Shown: positions 8,967 through 18,887 of the stretch, one piece after another
Numbering within the stretch: the first letter of the stretch is position 1
How the letters are laid out: the number at the start of each line of letters is the position of its first letter
NCBI GenBank assembly: GCA_003598175.1
Contig: QZKN01000097.1
Span: forward strand, 23,861 to 87,860
Direction of reading: 5' to 3'
Source of the DNA: Candidatus Omnitrophota bacterium
GTDB lineage: Bacteria; Hinthialibacterota; Hinthialibacteria; Hinthialibacterales; Hinthialibacteraceae
DNA: 64,000 nucleotides
Made by a program: the position numbers and the translations under genes
Notes under the pieces: model-generated
Database searches by the model: none
Seen by the model: the letters and a program-made list of their open reading frames with translations, nothing else
What the model was told of the DNA's origin: nothing

Positions 8967-10123
8967 CCGGCGTTCCCCTTTTTCACAAGCGGCTCTTTTT
9001 GCGGAACGATGAATTCCGACAGATCGACTGTATATGCGCCCGTGCGGTCGAATTCAAACGTGTAGGCGTATTTGGTGGAATAATCATACACGACCTGATC
9101 GTACAAACCCGCCTGGGGAGCATAATCCTGAATTTTATAATAGCGAAGGTTCCGTGCATACGGCCATGAATCCCCCTTTACCTGCCCGGGAATCTCGCCG
9201 ACGCCGATTTCGATGTCCACCCGCACCTTGCGTTTATACGACGCCTGCAATCCATAGCTCTTGTAATGCTGGTCCGCGCCCTTTTGATCGTCGCGATAAT
9301 TGGTTTTAAACACTTCGACCAGATACACAATGCTGTCCGGCGCTCGCTTTTGCCCCTGTTCATCAAATTGTTCGCGCTGAATCCGGACGCGTTGAATCAG
9401 ATATTGTTTGTCGCTGCCGATGGCTTTGGTGTCGGTGTAATACAGCAGAAACATCGACTCGCCGTTGCAACCGCAGATGAATTCCTTGTCCAGTTCCCGC
9501 GACAGGTCCACGCCGGCCTTCGCCGCCAATTTGGCTATTTCTCTATATTCATCTTTTTTTAAAAGATCGGCGGCGCTTTTCTGATATCTGGGTTTGGCGG
9601 CCTCCATCGCGGCGCGCAAGGTCACCGGCACATTGGCGACCGTGCGCTGCTGCAGCGGAATATCTTTTGTCAAGGTGGTTTGCGTCCAAACCGATTTCAC
9701 TTCCTCCTCGATCATTTTTCGTGGAAACGACAATCGCGTTCCCGTTTTGTTGTTTCCGAAATAGAATTTTGTTTCCCCGCTTCCCACGTTGACATCGAAC
9801 GTCTCCGGCGCGGATGGTTTCATCAGAAACCATTGATTGCGATACACGAACAATTCGTATTCCGCCCCGTCCTTTGTCTCGTCGGTTTCGAAATAGACGT
9901 GCAAACCCAGCAACGCCGTATGCGGCTGTCCTTCCACATACTGATCCAAAGAATCCGGCGAAAGCAGGGGGATCGTCAGCGAATAATCGGAGAGGGTCCA
10001 GGATAATAATCCCGAATACGGTCCGCTGATTTTCAAAGAAGCGGATCGGCAGGATAACGGAGGAATGAACAATACAACCAGAAACGCCAACAGAAAAACA
10101 CGAATTCTTCTCAAGAAAAACAT
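8963..10123 (-). CDS. Hypothetical secreted protein
   Basis: 386-aa ORF with signal-like N-terminus, co-oriented downstream of the DUF5107 gene. Confidence 0.65.
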   Translation of the reverse strand: MFFLRRIRVFLLAFLVVLFIPPLSCRSASLKISGPYSGLLSWTLSDYSLTIPLLSPDSLDQYVEGQPHTALLGLHVYFETDETKDGAEYELFVYRNQWFLMKPSAPETFDVNVGSGETKFYFGNNKTGTRLSFPRKMIEEEVKSVWTQTTLTKDIPLQQRTVANVPVTLRAAMEAAKPRYQKSAADLLKKDEYREIAKLAAKAGVDLSRELDKEFICGCNGESMFLLYYTDTKAIGSDKQYLIQRVRIQREQFDEQGQKRAPDSIVYLVEVFKTNYRDDQKGADQHYKSYGLQASYKRKVRVDIEIGVGEIPGQVKGDSWPYARNLRYYKIQDYAPQAGLYDQVVYDYSTKYAYTFEFDRTGAYTVDLSEFIVPQKEPLVKKGNAG

Positions 10124-10157
10124 CGTTATTGTAATCCTCGCAATTCAATATCGGATT

Positions 10158-13100
10158 TTAATTTTGAGTGGATCGGTAGTAATCGGCCAAAACGTTTTTA
10201 GCGCGCAAATGATCGGGGCTGGCCTGCAAGGTCAGTTTCAATTCCTCTTCCGCCTTCTCATTTTGCCCCAGGCCGAGATAGCCCAGCGCGGCGGTGAAGT
10301 GCGCTTCGGCCAATCCTGCCCGTTGGAACTGCTGGTCGGCAAACTTTGCGAAGATATCAATTCCCGCATCGGTTCGTTTCATCGCTTCGGTTCCCGCATC
10401 CACCAGGCTTTGGAACATTTCCCGGCTCTTCTCTTCTTCTCCCAGTTTTCGCAGAGCAAGCGCCTGGTAATACCGTTCAACGTCGCGCCCCGGCATAAAA
10501 AATCCACCGCGCCGGCGGCCTCGCGGCCTTTCGCCGGGCGAGCCTTTTTCCCAGCATTGCTTTGCCTTTTCGCTATCGCCCAATTTTTCATAAGCGACGC
10601 CGGTCCAATACGAGACTTCCGCATTCGTTTCTCCACCCCCACGCCGTTCCGACCGCAAATTTTCCGGGAAAGCGAGGGCGGCTTGATAATCGTCCAACGC
10701 TTGTTGGTATCCTCCGGCGGCAAGATGTTCGTGACCGCGAAGCAGGTGGGCATCCGTCCAACAATCCGATACGTTGAACCGCGCGCCTCCTTCCCAGATG
10801 TTGAATCGCCGTCCCTGCATCAGTGCGATCGCATCATCGTATTTTCCCATAAACACTTTCAGCGTAATTTCCCGCGCCAATGCGTCGTCGCGTTGGCGAA
10901 CGTATTCATGATTTGCCTCGAGGAGGGCCAGCCGTTTTTCCGGCGGCGTACCCGCCGCTTCATAGAGTTGATCGAGTTCGAAAAAGTGAATGGAATATTT
11001 ATCTCTTTGCGCAACGGCTTTTTCCAAACAGGCAATCGCCTGTTGTAGCGCGTTCCCCTCTTCTTTCCGCGAATACGCCGCCGCCAGGTTGCGCAGCGCA
11101 ATGGAAAGCGACTCATCCATTGCCACGGATTTTTCCCACAACCGAATCGCTTCATCGGGCTGCCAATCGAAAAGCAGGTTGCCAAGCAGGTAGGGCGCTC
11201 GCCCCCCCTCGGGATTCACTTCCATCGCCTGGCGAAGCGCATCAATCGCCTCATATTGAAACGGAAATACATAATCGATCGGCCTTTTTTCGGCCAATGT
11301 ATAGTATTCGGCGGATTGACTGCTTTCTCCCAATTTTTCCGTAACAAAGCCCAAATAATAATAGACCATCGGAGATACGTTGGAAGGATCGGCGACTGCA
11401 GCGATCATTTGATTCAGCAGGAAGGCAGCGTCTTGCCATAAACCGGCGTTCATATATTCCACCGCCGTTTCGAAACCGGTCTCGGGGTGATGGTTAAGCG
11501 TGGCCAGCAAGTATTCATGATCGCCGGAATTTTTGCCGATCAGCCAGGTTTCAAAAAGTGTGCGCACATCGAGAGGATCGGCCCGGCGGAATGCGGTCGC
11601 CAATACGTCCGACGCTTCTTGTTCTTGTCCCAAATGCCGCAGCAAGGCCGCTTTCAAATTCAGCGCTCTGACGTTCAACGCATTCGAATCGAGGGAATGC
11701 TCCACCAAATCGAGAGCGCTGGACGCATCGCCTTTCAGCGACGCGATTTCCGCCAGAGAATAGTAACCGGCGGCCTTCCAGGCTTCACTCCAGATCGCCT
11801 TATAAAACGCATCGAACGCCTCGTCGAGTCTTCCCTGCGCTTTCAAGGCGACCCCCAGATAATAGAAGGCTTCCCCGTCTTTGGGGGAGGTGTATCGGAA
11901 CGTCAACCGTTCCAGCGCCTTGCGGAACAACGCCTCGGCCTCCGCGAATCGCGCCCGTTTGAGATAATTGGTTCCCAGCGCAATGTTGACCCGCGCGTCG
12001 CCGGGATCGCGGCGAAGCGCTTCTTCCCAATAGGGATCGGGATCCAACGCCGGATTGTGAAACTGCTCGATCCACAATCCCGTTAAATATAATTCTTCGT
12101 TCGTCTCGATCTTTTCCGGCGTTTCCGGCGCGCGCACCGGCTCCGGCATGGGAATAGACTCGAGGCGAATCGGCGTATAGGAAACCAGCTCCTTCCCCTC
12201 GGCGGCAAGGGAAGCGCAAAGGTCGTGCGGATCCGTTCCCGTGGGCGCGACCGCCTGCTTCAGATACGGCTTATCCGGCGCGATCTCGATCTGTTCCTGC
12301 AACAAGATGTTATTTCCGGCTTTCAACGTAACCGTCGCCGCGGAATAAGCGGATGTCGTATAAAAACCGAGTTTGGCGGTCCCGTCTTCCTTCACGTCAA
12401 GATTCACTGCGGCGTCCAGATTGGCGTTTTTGACGCCTTCGATTCCGCGGAACGGATACCAATATTGCTTGAATGATTTGACTTCATACGGTTGCAGCCA
12501 GCTGTAATCAGGTTGGTTGTCGGAAAACGCGCCGACCATCAATTCGAGGTAAGGGCCATCTTCGTCCGTGAGAATGGTATCCCATAACCGGCCTTCCGGA
12601 CCGTTTCCCCACGTCCACAATTTCTTGCCCGGCGTGATGTGATGATTGGCGACGCTCATCGTTCCCGCCTGTTTTCCATGATCGTAGCCGGCCAGAAAAT
12701 CGTCTTCGTAATTCCAGGCGAACATGGAATTGGAAGAAATATGATTCTTAAACCAGCTCACATCCACGCCGCCGTCAAAGTTCGCTCCCCCATACCGTGA
12801 ATTCGAAATGGGCCAGGTGGTGAACTCACGTTTGGAATGATGCGTGACATACTGTGTGCTTGGTGGAAAAATTACTTGATAATCCTCGTTTACATGAACC
12901 GCGACGTTTGCGAAGCAAAGGAGTGAATTGACGACCGGCGTTCGATTGAGAATACGCAGCGATGTTTCCAAATACGACTTTCCCGGCTGCAGGGTATAGC
13001 CGACTGCCCACCGCATGCGATGGCGCAACTCCAGTTCTCCCACCCAAACCGTCCTGCTCCCATCCGCATTCTCTTCCAAACGATATTGGACGGGAATAAA

Positions 13101-13568
13101 GGTGCTGGCGCGGTGGTGGTGCGGAATGTTCCACTCGACTCCGCCGGAAATCCAAGCGCCGATCAGGCCGATCAGTGCGGGTTTGATGACGTGCTGCCGA
13201 TAGAAGAAATCGTAGCCGTTCGTTTTGTCGACGCCTTCGAAAATGCGCCCGCCGATTTCAGGAAGCACGCCGATGCGGATATACTCGTTTTCCAGATAGA
13301 CCATGTTGTAGGTCTTATCCACTTTTTTGTTCGTCAAATTATCATAAAGAGGATACGGATAGATTCTTCCTTCCGCCCCCTGAGACGCCCGCCCGAAAAA
13401 AAACATCGGATTCGGATCAGCCGGACCGGCCAGATAGGTGGGAATCACCAGCTCTTCCTCCCACATGCGGACCGACGAATCCTCGGCGACCGCCAGTAAT
13501 GAACAAGAAAGAAACAAAAACGATCCCAAAGAAAGAAGCGCCAATAGACAATTTCGTTTGCTGAACAC
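10158..13568 (-). CDS. DUF5107 domain plus TPR repeat protein
   Basis: Signal peptide; LENEYIRIGVLPEIGGRI, IKPALIGLIGAWISGGVEWN, GKKLWTWG, YLELMVG; many C-terminal TPRs. Confidence 0.88.
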   Translation of the reverse strand: MFSKRNCLLALLSLGSFLFLSCSLLAVAEDSSVRMWEEELVIPTYLAGPADPNPMFFFGRASQGAEGRIYPYPLYDNLTNKKVDKTYNMVYLENEYIRIGVLPEIGGRIFEGVDKTNGYDFFYRQHVIKPALIGLIGAWISGGVEWNIPHHHRASTFIPVQYRLEENADGSRTVWVGELELRHRMRWAVGYTLQPGKSYLETSLRILNRTPVVNSLLCFANVAVHVNEDYQVIFPPSTQYVTHHSKREFTTWPISNSRYGGANFDGGVDVSWFKNHISSNSMFAWNYEDDFLAGYDHGKQAGTMSVANHHITPGKKLWTWGNGPEGRLWDTILTDEDGPYLELMVGAFSDNQPDYSWLQPYEVKSFKQYWYPFRGIEGVKNANLDAAVNLDVKEDGTAKLGFYTTSAYSAATVTLKAGNNILLQEQIEIAPDKPYLKQAVAPTGTDPHDLCASLAAEGKELVSYTPIRLESIPMPEPVRAPETPEKIETNEELYLTGLWIEQFHNPALDPDPYWEEALRRDPGDARVNIALGTNYLKRARFAEAEALFRKALERLTFRYTSPKDGEAFYYLGVALKAQGRLDEAFDAFYKAIWSEAWKAAGYYSLAEIASLKGDASSALDLVEHSLDSNALNVRALNLKAALLRHLGQEQEASDVLATAFRRADPLDVRTLFETWLIGKNSGDHEYLLATLNHHPETGFETAVEYMNAGLWQDAAFLLNQMIAAVADPSNVSPMVYYYLGFVTEKLGESSQSAEYYTLAEKRPIDYVFPFQYEAIDALRQAMEVNPEGGRAPYLLGNLLFDWQPDEAIRLWEKSVAMDESLSIALRNLAAAYSRKEEGNALQQAIACLEKAVAQRDKYSIHFFELDQLYEAAGTPPEKRLALLEANHEYVRQRDDALAREITLKVFMGKYDDAIALMQGRRFNIWEGGARFNVSDCWTDAHLLRGHEHLAAGGYQQALDDYQAALAFPENLRSERRGGGETNAEVSYWTGVAYEKLGDSEKAKQCWEKGSPGERPRGRRRGGFFMPGRDVERYYQALALRKLGEEEKSREMFQSLVDAGTEAMKRTDAGIDIFAKFADQQFQRAGLAEAHFTAALGYLGLGQNEKAEEELKLTLQASPDHLRAKNVLADYYRSTQN

Positions 13569-13824
13569 GAGGGTTTCCTTTTTTAAAATAGAATAGGATG
13601 ATGTGGATTTTCTTCAGACACATACAAACCATGAGAACACACCTCACCATCTTTTATCTCGTTCGTCCACGGACACGGGACACATTTCGTGGACGACAAA
13701 AACCGCAATCCATGCGATACTATATCATACGCATCGCAAGGCTCCATTGAAGGTTCGCGTCGATTGCTCGAATTGGGCAGCCGGGCAAGCCGTGAGAAGC
13801 AACCAAAAAAAATCAAAAAAGTGT

Positions 13825-13852
13825 TTGCAATGGAAATTAGATATGGTATAAT
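13825..13852 (+). promoter_or_regulatory. Strong sigma70 promoter with extended -10
   Basis: TTGCAA 13825-13830, 16 bp, TGgTATAAT (TATAAT 13847-13852), A-rich UP element upstream. Confidence 0.7.
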
Positions 13853-13858
13853 ATAGTC

Positions 13859-14040
13859 AGGTTTACCATAACTTTTTAACGCGAATCGCAAGTCTCATTT
13901 TCCTGAAGGGTCGAAAGGGTGAAGGGAGAATGAGCTCTGAGAGTCATCGGGAGGCGCAATACCTCGATTACCACTCTCAGATGGTGAGGGCTCGTTAGAA
14001 TTTTGGAAAAAGGGCGCACAGATCCTGCGCCCTTTTTCGT
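13859..14040 (+). ncRNA. Orphan structured small RNA of about 180 nt, family not recognised
   Basis: Lies between the promoter and an intrinsic terminator; stems 13874-81/13993-14000, 13894-903/13925-34, 13936-44/13973-81; G.U pairs favour the + strand. Confidence 0.55.
14007..14037. terminator. Bidirectional intrinsic terminator
   Basis: AAAAAGGGCGCA-cagatcc-TGCGCCCTTTTT. Confidence 0.8.
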
Positions 14041-14082
14041 TGTTTGCTTCTTTCCCTTATAACTCACCTTTCGCAGGGATTT

Positions 14083-14210
14083 CCCCCTCCCCGTCAACTG
14101 GGCGGGAGTTCTTCGTTAACAAGGCGGGAGTTCTTCATCAACAGGGCAGGAGTTCCTTGTTAACGGAGCGGGAGTATTGATCCCCCGTTGACGGGGGATT
14201 ACAAGGGGGA
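14083..14210. repeat. Four degenerate 22-bp tandem repeats plus a GC-rich palindrome (REP/MITE-like)
   Basis: Units at 14093, 14115, 14137, 14159, consensus RTYAACNRRGCRGGAGT; palindrome ATCCCCCGTTGACGGGGGAT 14180-14199. Confidence 0.7.
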
Positions 14211-14227
14211 GGCATATAGGGATTAAT

Positions 14228-14944
14228 TCAGGAACGGATCAAATCCGAGTTTTTGATCCATTCAATGGTTTCGTCGATGGAGTCGGTTATATGGAAAAGG
14301 TTCAAATCTTCCGGCGAAATATTTTTTTCTTCGATTAAGCGGCTTTTGATCCATTCAATCAATTCTTTCCAATATTCCGTGTCGAACAAAATGACCGGAA
14401 AGGATTTTATGCGGCGCGTCTGGATGAGCGTGAGAGACTCGAATAGTTCGTCCAACGTACCGAAACCGCCGGGAAAAATCACGAAGGCAATGGAGTATTT
14501 GACCAGCATGACCTTGCGAATGAAGAAATAGCGGAAGTTCAGGCCGGTAGTGATGTAGGGATTCGGCGTTTGTTCAAGCGGGAGTTCGATGTTAAGGCCG
14601 ACGGAAACGCCCTTTGCCTCGAACGCGCCGCGATTGGCCGCTTCCATGATTCCCGGTCCGCCGCCGGTTACCGTCGCCAATCCTTCGCGGGCGATTCTCT
14701 GGCCGAGTTCGCGGGCTTTTTGATAACGGGGATGGCTTGCGGGCGTACGGGCGGAGCCGAACACCGAAACCGCTTGCGGCATTTTGGCCAATTCCTCGAA
14801 CGATTCGGTGAATTCCGACATGATACGGAACACCCGCCAGATGTCGTCAATACCCATGTAATCGATGAGATATTGGCGTCTGTCCCAATCGCTTATATCC
14901 TCGGGAGGTGAAAGGGGGGTCCAGAGATGAGCGTTATTTTTCAT
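14228..14944 (-). CDS. LOG family nucleotide 5'-monophosphate nucleosidase (Rossmann fold)
   Basis: VSVFGSART, TGGGPGIMEAANRGA, FRYFFIRK, PGGFGTLDELFE. Confidence 0.92.
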   Translation of the reverse strand: MKNNAHLWTPLSPPEDISDWDRRQYLIDYMGIDDIWRVFRIMSEFTESFEELAKMPQAVSVFGSARTPASHPRYQKARELGQRIAREGLATVTGGGPGIMEAANRGAFEAKGVSVGLNIELPLEQTPNPYITTGLNFRYFFIRKVMLVKYSIAFVIFPGGFGTLDELFESLTLIQTRRIKSFPVILFDTEYWKELIEWIKSRLIEEKNISPEDLNLFHITDSIDETIEWIKNSDLIRS

Positions 14945-15067
14945 GAATGTGTCCTTATTTGTTGTGAAGAAAGCTTTTATTCTATCGTTTTGAAAATGAA
15001 TTGGCAGTGGGATGGTGGATGGCGCATGGCAAAGACCAGTGAGAGGGGAAGAATAGTTATTCTATTT

Positions 15068-16489
15068 TTACCGGTACATCCGCCAATCATGAAGGGTACT
15101 TGTCTCCGTCGATGAATCCAACATAAGGACTTCGATGCTGTTTATGGGAAAACGGTTGGAGATAGCCAAAGCCGAATCGACGGATTCGATGGTTGTCTCT
15201 TCCAACAACGACAGATTGTGAAGTGCAGAAACAGCGTACCGTTTCAATGTGAAAGAGCCTTCCGGCGCTATCCAACCGTCGATTGTGAGTTGGTATGTAT
15301 CAATCGTATCAGACGAATCGTCTGTCATATAATGCGTCAGCAGAATGATTATTGCTTGACCGTCTTCATCAAGAGCGGCGATACCGTCGACTGCATCGGA
15401 TTCTTCATTCAGAGTGATCCGATTTGGATACCGACTAACCCAGGACCACGATTTGAAAGCATAAGCCATTTTCTTGTAAGTTCCATCCGCAAATAATAGA
15501 CCATACCATTCTTTATAATCGATTGAGGAATCCTGCCCGCGAAAAAAGAGAGACTGATCCACAAAGCTGTTTTGCAAGCTGATCCATGCGCCGGTCATCA
15601 AAGCCGCCCCTTCCGCATTGTAACGGCGCGGACCTTCTTCCACGTTCCATTCCGAGATATGGCTTTCAGCGTCTGTATATCCAAATCGATCCAATATCTC
15701 ACGGTAAAACAATCCCGCGCCGAGATAATCAGCGGGATTGTCACCGTAAATATGCCACGACAGGAAATCGAGGGGGACATTTTGCTCGCTACAGTATTGC
15801 AAAAGTGACGTCGCAGTATTGTTGCTTTCCTGCGCAAGATAACTGGAAGGAAGAAAACCCGGCCCCCCGATTTTCATGTGTGGAAATTCGGCTTTCAAAG
15901 ATTTCACCATTCGTTCAAAAAACTGAAAAAATTCGATCCGCGTTCCGGTCCAGAATTGGCGGTTGTCAGGTTCGTTCCACACTTCGACATAGCGAATAGG
16001 GAAATGGAAACCGTCCCACAAACCTTGCGTGTAATGGCGGATCACATTTTTTGCCGCTTCCACGTAATTTGTAATATTTTTAGGCGTTTCACTGCTGTTG
16101 TTCCAGCTGTTTCCCAATCGCAAATAGATTTCATGGCCGTTTTCATGAATTGCGACCATCCGTTTGTCGCTTTCAACGAAATTATAACTGGAGAAGAGAG
16201 AAGGATCGGCGCTTTCGTCGGAATACATCACCGACATATCGACAGGACCGTAAAAATCGTGAGTCCGAACCATCCGGATTCCCATGTCGCGATACTGCTC
16301 ATTGACGTGTGGATTGATGTCCTCTCCCAATTTATACGGGCCGGCATTCACACCCATCAGTGGTTTCACGTTACCGATCATTTCTCCGGCATCGACATGA
16401 ATCGTGACCGATTCCGCGAACGATTGGCAAGGGATAATTATCACCGTAATAACAATCCACCCTATTTGCCTTATTTGTTTTTCACGCAT
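15068..16489 (-). CDS. Secreted glycoside hydrolase, GH39-like
   Basis: Signal peptide; VRTHD, acid/base YVEVWNEPD, LDFLSWHIY, nucleophile ISEWN; C-terminus STLHDWRMYR. Confidence 0.8.
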   Translation of the reverse strand: MREKQIRQIGWIVITVIIIPCQSFAESVTIHVDAGEMIGNVKPLMGVNAGPYKLGEDINPHVNEQYRDMGIRMVRTHDFYGPVDMSVMYSDESADPSLFSSYNFVESDKRMVAIHENGHEIYLRLGNSWNNSSETPKNITNYVEAAKNVIRHYTQGLWDGFHFPIRYVEVWNEPDNRQFWTGTRIEFFQFFERMVKSLKAEFPHMKIGGPGFLPSSYLAQESNNTATSLLQYCSEQNVPLDFLSWHIYGDNPADYLGAGLFYREILDRFGYTDAESHISEWNVEEGPRRYNAEGAALMTGAWISLQNSFVDQSLFFRGQDSSIDYKEWYGLLFADGTYKKMAYAFKSWSWVSRYPNRITLNEESDAVDGIAALDEDGQAIIILLTHYMTDDSSDTIDTYQLTIDGWIAPEGSFTLKRYAVSALHNLSLLEETTIESVDSALAISNRFPINSIEVLMLDSSTETSTLHDWRMYR

Positions 16490-16788
16490 TGTCCGTATGA
16501 TCCTTTCTTTCCAAATTCATCGATACGACCATGTGACCTCAATGAATGGATATAAAAGTGCGTGTTGGTCAATGAGGGCAGGAAACCGGCGCTCCGTCAT
16601 TTTTAAATCCATTCATTCTATTCAATTATAACGTCGGTTTGCATTATTTATTGGAAGGTATATGAAAAATTTCATTTTCATGTGTTAGAACGGGCATTGG
16701 AGTGATATTGAAAAAAGAATATTGGAAAATGATTTTGAATGAAAACAACCGTTAGGGAAAAACAGCGAATCCCTTTTCGTGCCACGCT

Positions 16789-18723
16789 TCAATATAATGA
16801 CCATCCACTAACAGCCACCGGCGCCGGACCGATGGCGCGGGTGATGAATTCCAACACAATCGGCGTGCGCACTTCGATAAAATCACGGGATAACTGCGCC
16901 GCTCGGTCCCAATCCGCCGGCGTTTTTCCACGTCCCCATTTTTCGGCTTCTGCCGGGATGGCCGCTCGCACAGCATCCAGCTGTTCGTTCAAGCGCATCG
17001 TCACGTGGTCCTCGCGGAGAGGACCGGCGAGATACTCCTGCAATCGCAGCCAAAAAAATGTCCGGTAATCCTGATTTTGCAGCAATCTGGCAAAGAGCAA
17101 TCCGATCAGTCCGCTGCCCGCGTTTGTCGCGTTTGTCAAGGTGTTTTGGTTGACGAGATAGCCTTGAATTCCGGAGCCGAAGCTATATTCCACATCCCAC
17201 AAAAAAAACTTCCATTTCCCAGTCAGAAATCGTTCGCGGGCGGCGTACCAATTATGATGCGGCCAGTCGTAATTCTGCATCCATACGTTGATGATGATGT
17301 AGGCGGTAAAATTCTCCAGATCGAGTATTTCCTGTAACGATTCATAATTTTGCGGATTCGTCAAATCGTTGCGGGACACCCAATTGCTGAATGTTGTCCA
17401 TTCCTGCATATCACCGTCGCTCACTTCGTTGTCGACAATGACATCCCACAAATCCGGGCCGTAATGCTCTTCGAGAAAATCCTCGTGGATACGCTCGCAG
17501 GGATTGTAAAGCCCCCAATACTCGCCGTTCAGATACAATTCGGCGAATATGCCGTGGCTGGACAGCTGGTTCATATCCAAAAACACGTTGCGAACCGCCT
17601 GATCGCTGACGTAAATGGCGGTTTCCCGCTGCATTTCGCGATCGTATCCCCACGAGTCGTTGAATCCCGCTCGCAAAACCAGCTGATCGAAACGGTGAAC
17701 GTCGGTCGTTGGGAAGAGGGGATAATCCAGCTTGGCCGCCCCGTAATCGGAGCGAAAATACAGGCGGAAAGAGCGTTTGGGAGAACGGGTGCGGGACGCG
17801 CCGCCGTGAATCCGCAGCCCGGCGTTTTCGACGAATTCGCGGTCGCCGTTCCGGTTAAAAAACTCGACGCTTACCGGCCGTTCCCATTCGCGTCCGTGAC
17901 GATCCGAATTTTGATAAATACCTGTGGTTCGATCCCACAAATTCGGCGGATCCGTCGCCAGAGACAGAATCGGCAGCACGATGTCCGGCCGGAGGATATA
18001 CGTATGCGTACCTACATCGCTGGGATAATACTCCTCACGAAACGCCCGCGCGCGGAGCGGGGTGGACCGGGTAATTTGCAGGGGATTTTGTACTATGGTA
18101 TCGGAGGCGGTGGGTATGGAGCCGTCGGTCGTATAACGGATCACGGCGTCCGATTCGTGTGAGGATAGATCAACCGTAAGCGGTTGTTTAAAAACGCCGG
18201 CTTGCGCCGAAAACAAGGGAGCGGAGGCAAATCCCTTCGCGCCCGGTTTACTATTCGATTGGCCCGGCGTCGATTCCAGGAAATAAACCCATTCACCGCC
18301 GCCGTCGGGCTGTCGCCCATAAGAGACATCCCGCCGCTGCGCCGGAAAGGTGAGACTGTCGGCCGCCGTCCCATCTTGTCGGTATAAAGCCAGATATTCT
18401 CCTTCCCGCCGCAATCGGAAGTTCGTGTGGTACGAATTCGGATCGAGAAGATCATAACCGGTCGCCCGGATTAATACAAAACCATTCGTAGGCAGAGTAA
18501 TGGATGGCAAACGCCATTTGCCGGGAGCAAGAGGATCGTCGGTCAATGCATAACCACTTAAATCCATCGCACTGGAACCGGAATTATACAATTCAATCCA
18601 TTCCAGCGAAGTATCGGATTCATCAACAGCCGATGAGGAAGCGAGAAATTCATTGATGACAACTTCCGCGTTGCCACGGAATGAAAAAAAGGAAAGAAAA
18701 AGGATGGAAAGAAAAAATGACAT
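16789..18723 (-). CDS. Lamin-tail domain + chitobiase-like domain + CotH kinase family protein (start uncertain; ORF extends to 18813)
   Basis: VVINEFLAS..WIELYN (LTD), IRYTTDGSIPT, CotH motifs GLRIHGGASR..PKRSFRLYFR, YLNGEYWGLYN, NYDWPHHNW, WKFFLWDVE; C-terminus VAVSGWSLY. Confidence 0.85.
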   Translation of the reverse strand: MSFFLSILFLSFFSFRGNAEVVINEFLASSSAVDESDTSLEWIELYNSGSSAMDLSGYALTDDPLAPGKWRLPSITLPTNGFVLIRATGYDLLDPNSYHTNFRLRREGEYLALYRQDGTAADSLTFPAQRRDVSYGRQPDGGGEWVYFLESTPGQSNSKPGAKGFASAPLFSAQAGVFKQPLTVDLSSHESDAVIRYTTDGSIPTASDTIVQNPLQITRSTPLRARAFREEYYPSDVGTHTYILRPDIVLPILSLATDPPNLWDRTTGIYQNSDRHGREWERPVSVEFFNRNGDREFVENAGLRIHGGASRTRSPKRSFRLYFRSDYGAAKLDYPLFPTTDVHRFDQLVLRAGFNDSWGYDREMQRETAIYVSDQAVRNVFLDMNQLSSHGIFAELYLNGEYWGLYNPCERIHEDFLEEHYGPDLWDVIVDNEVSDGDMQEWTTFSNWVSRNDLTNPQNYESLQEILDLENFTAYIIINVWMQNYDWPHHNWYAARERFLTGKWKFFLWDVEYSFGSGIQGYLVNQNTLTNATNAGSGLIGLLFARLLQNQDYRTFFWLRLQEYLAGPLREDHVTMRLNEQLDAVRAAIPAEAEKWGRGKTPADWDRAAQLSRDFIEVRTPIVLEFITRAIGPAPVAVSGWSLY

Positions 18724-18887
18724 CCTCTGCCCAACAAAAGTCGTCAGGTTCACCACCGCCCTCCACCGGAAAGAATTCAAAAAGAGATCCGTTTTCGAAG
18801 CGAGAGGAGTCATCTATCGATCACTCCCCTCGCTTCCGTTTATAGGGAAAAAAGTAGGATCTTTATATAACGATAACACAAGACGGA

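Noticed and set aside
13936..13985. Glycine or TPP riboswitch (GAGGCGCAA, ACTCTCAG, CTGAGA words)
   Set aside because: Those words pair with each other in a simple hairpin, other consensus elements are missing, and there is no downstream gene on that strand
14093..14180. Possible CRISPR array
   Set aside because: Units are contiguous 22-mers with no unique spacers, and no cas genes are in the window
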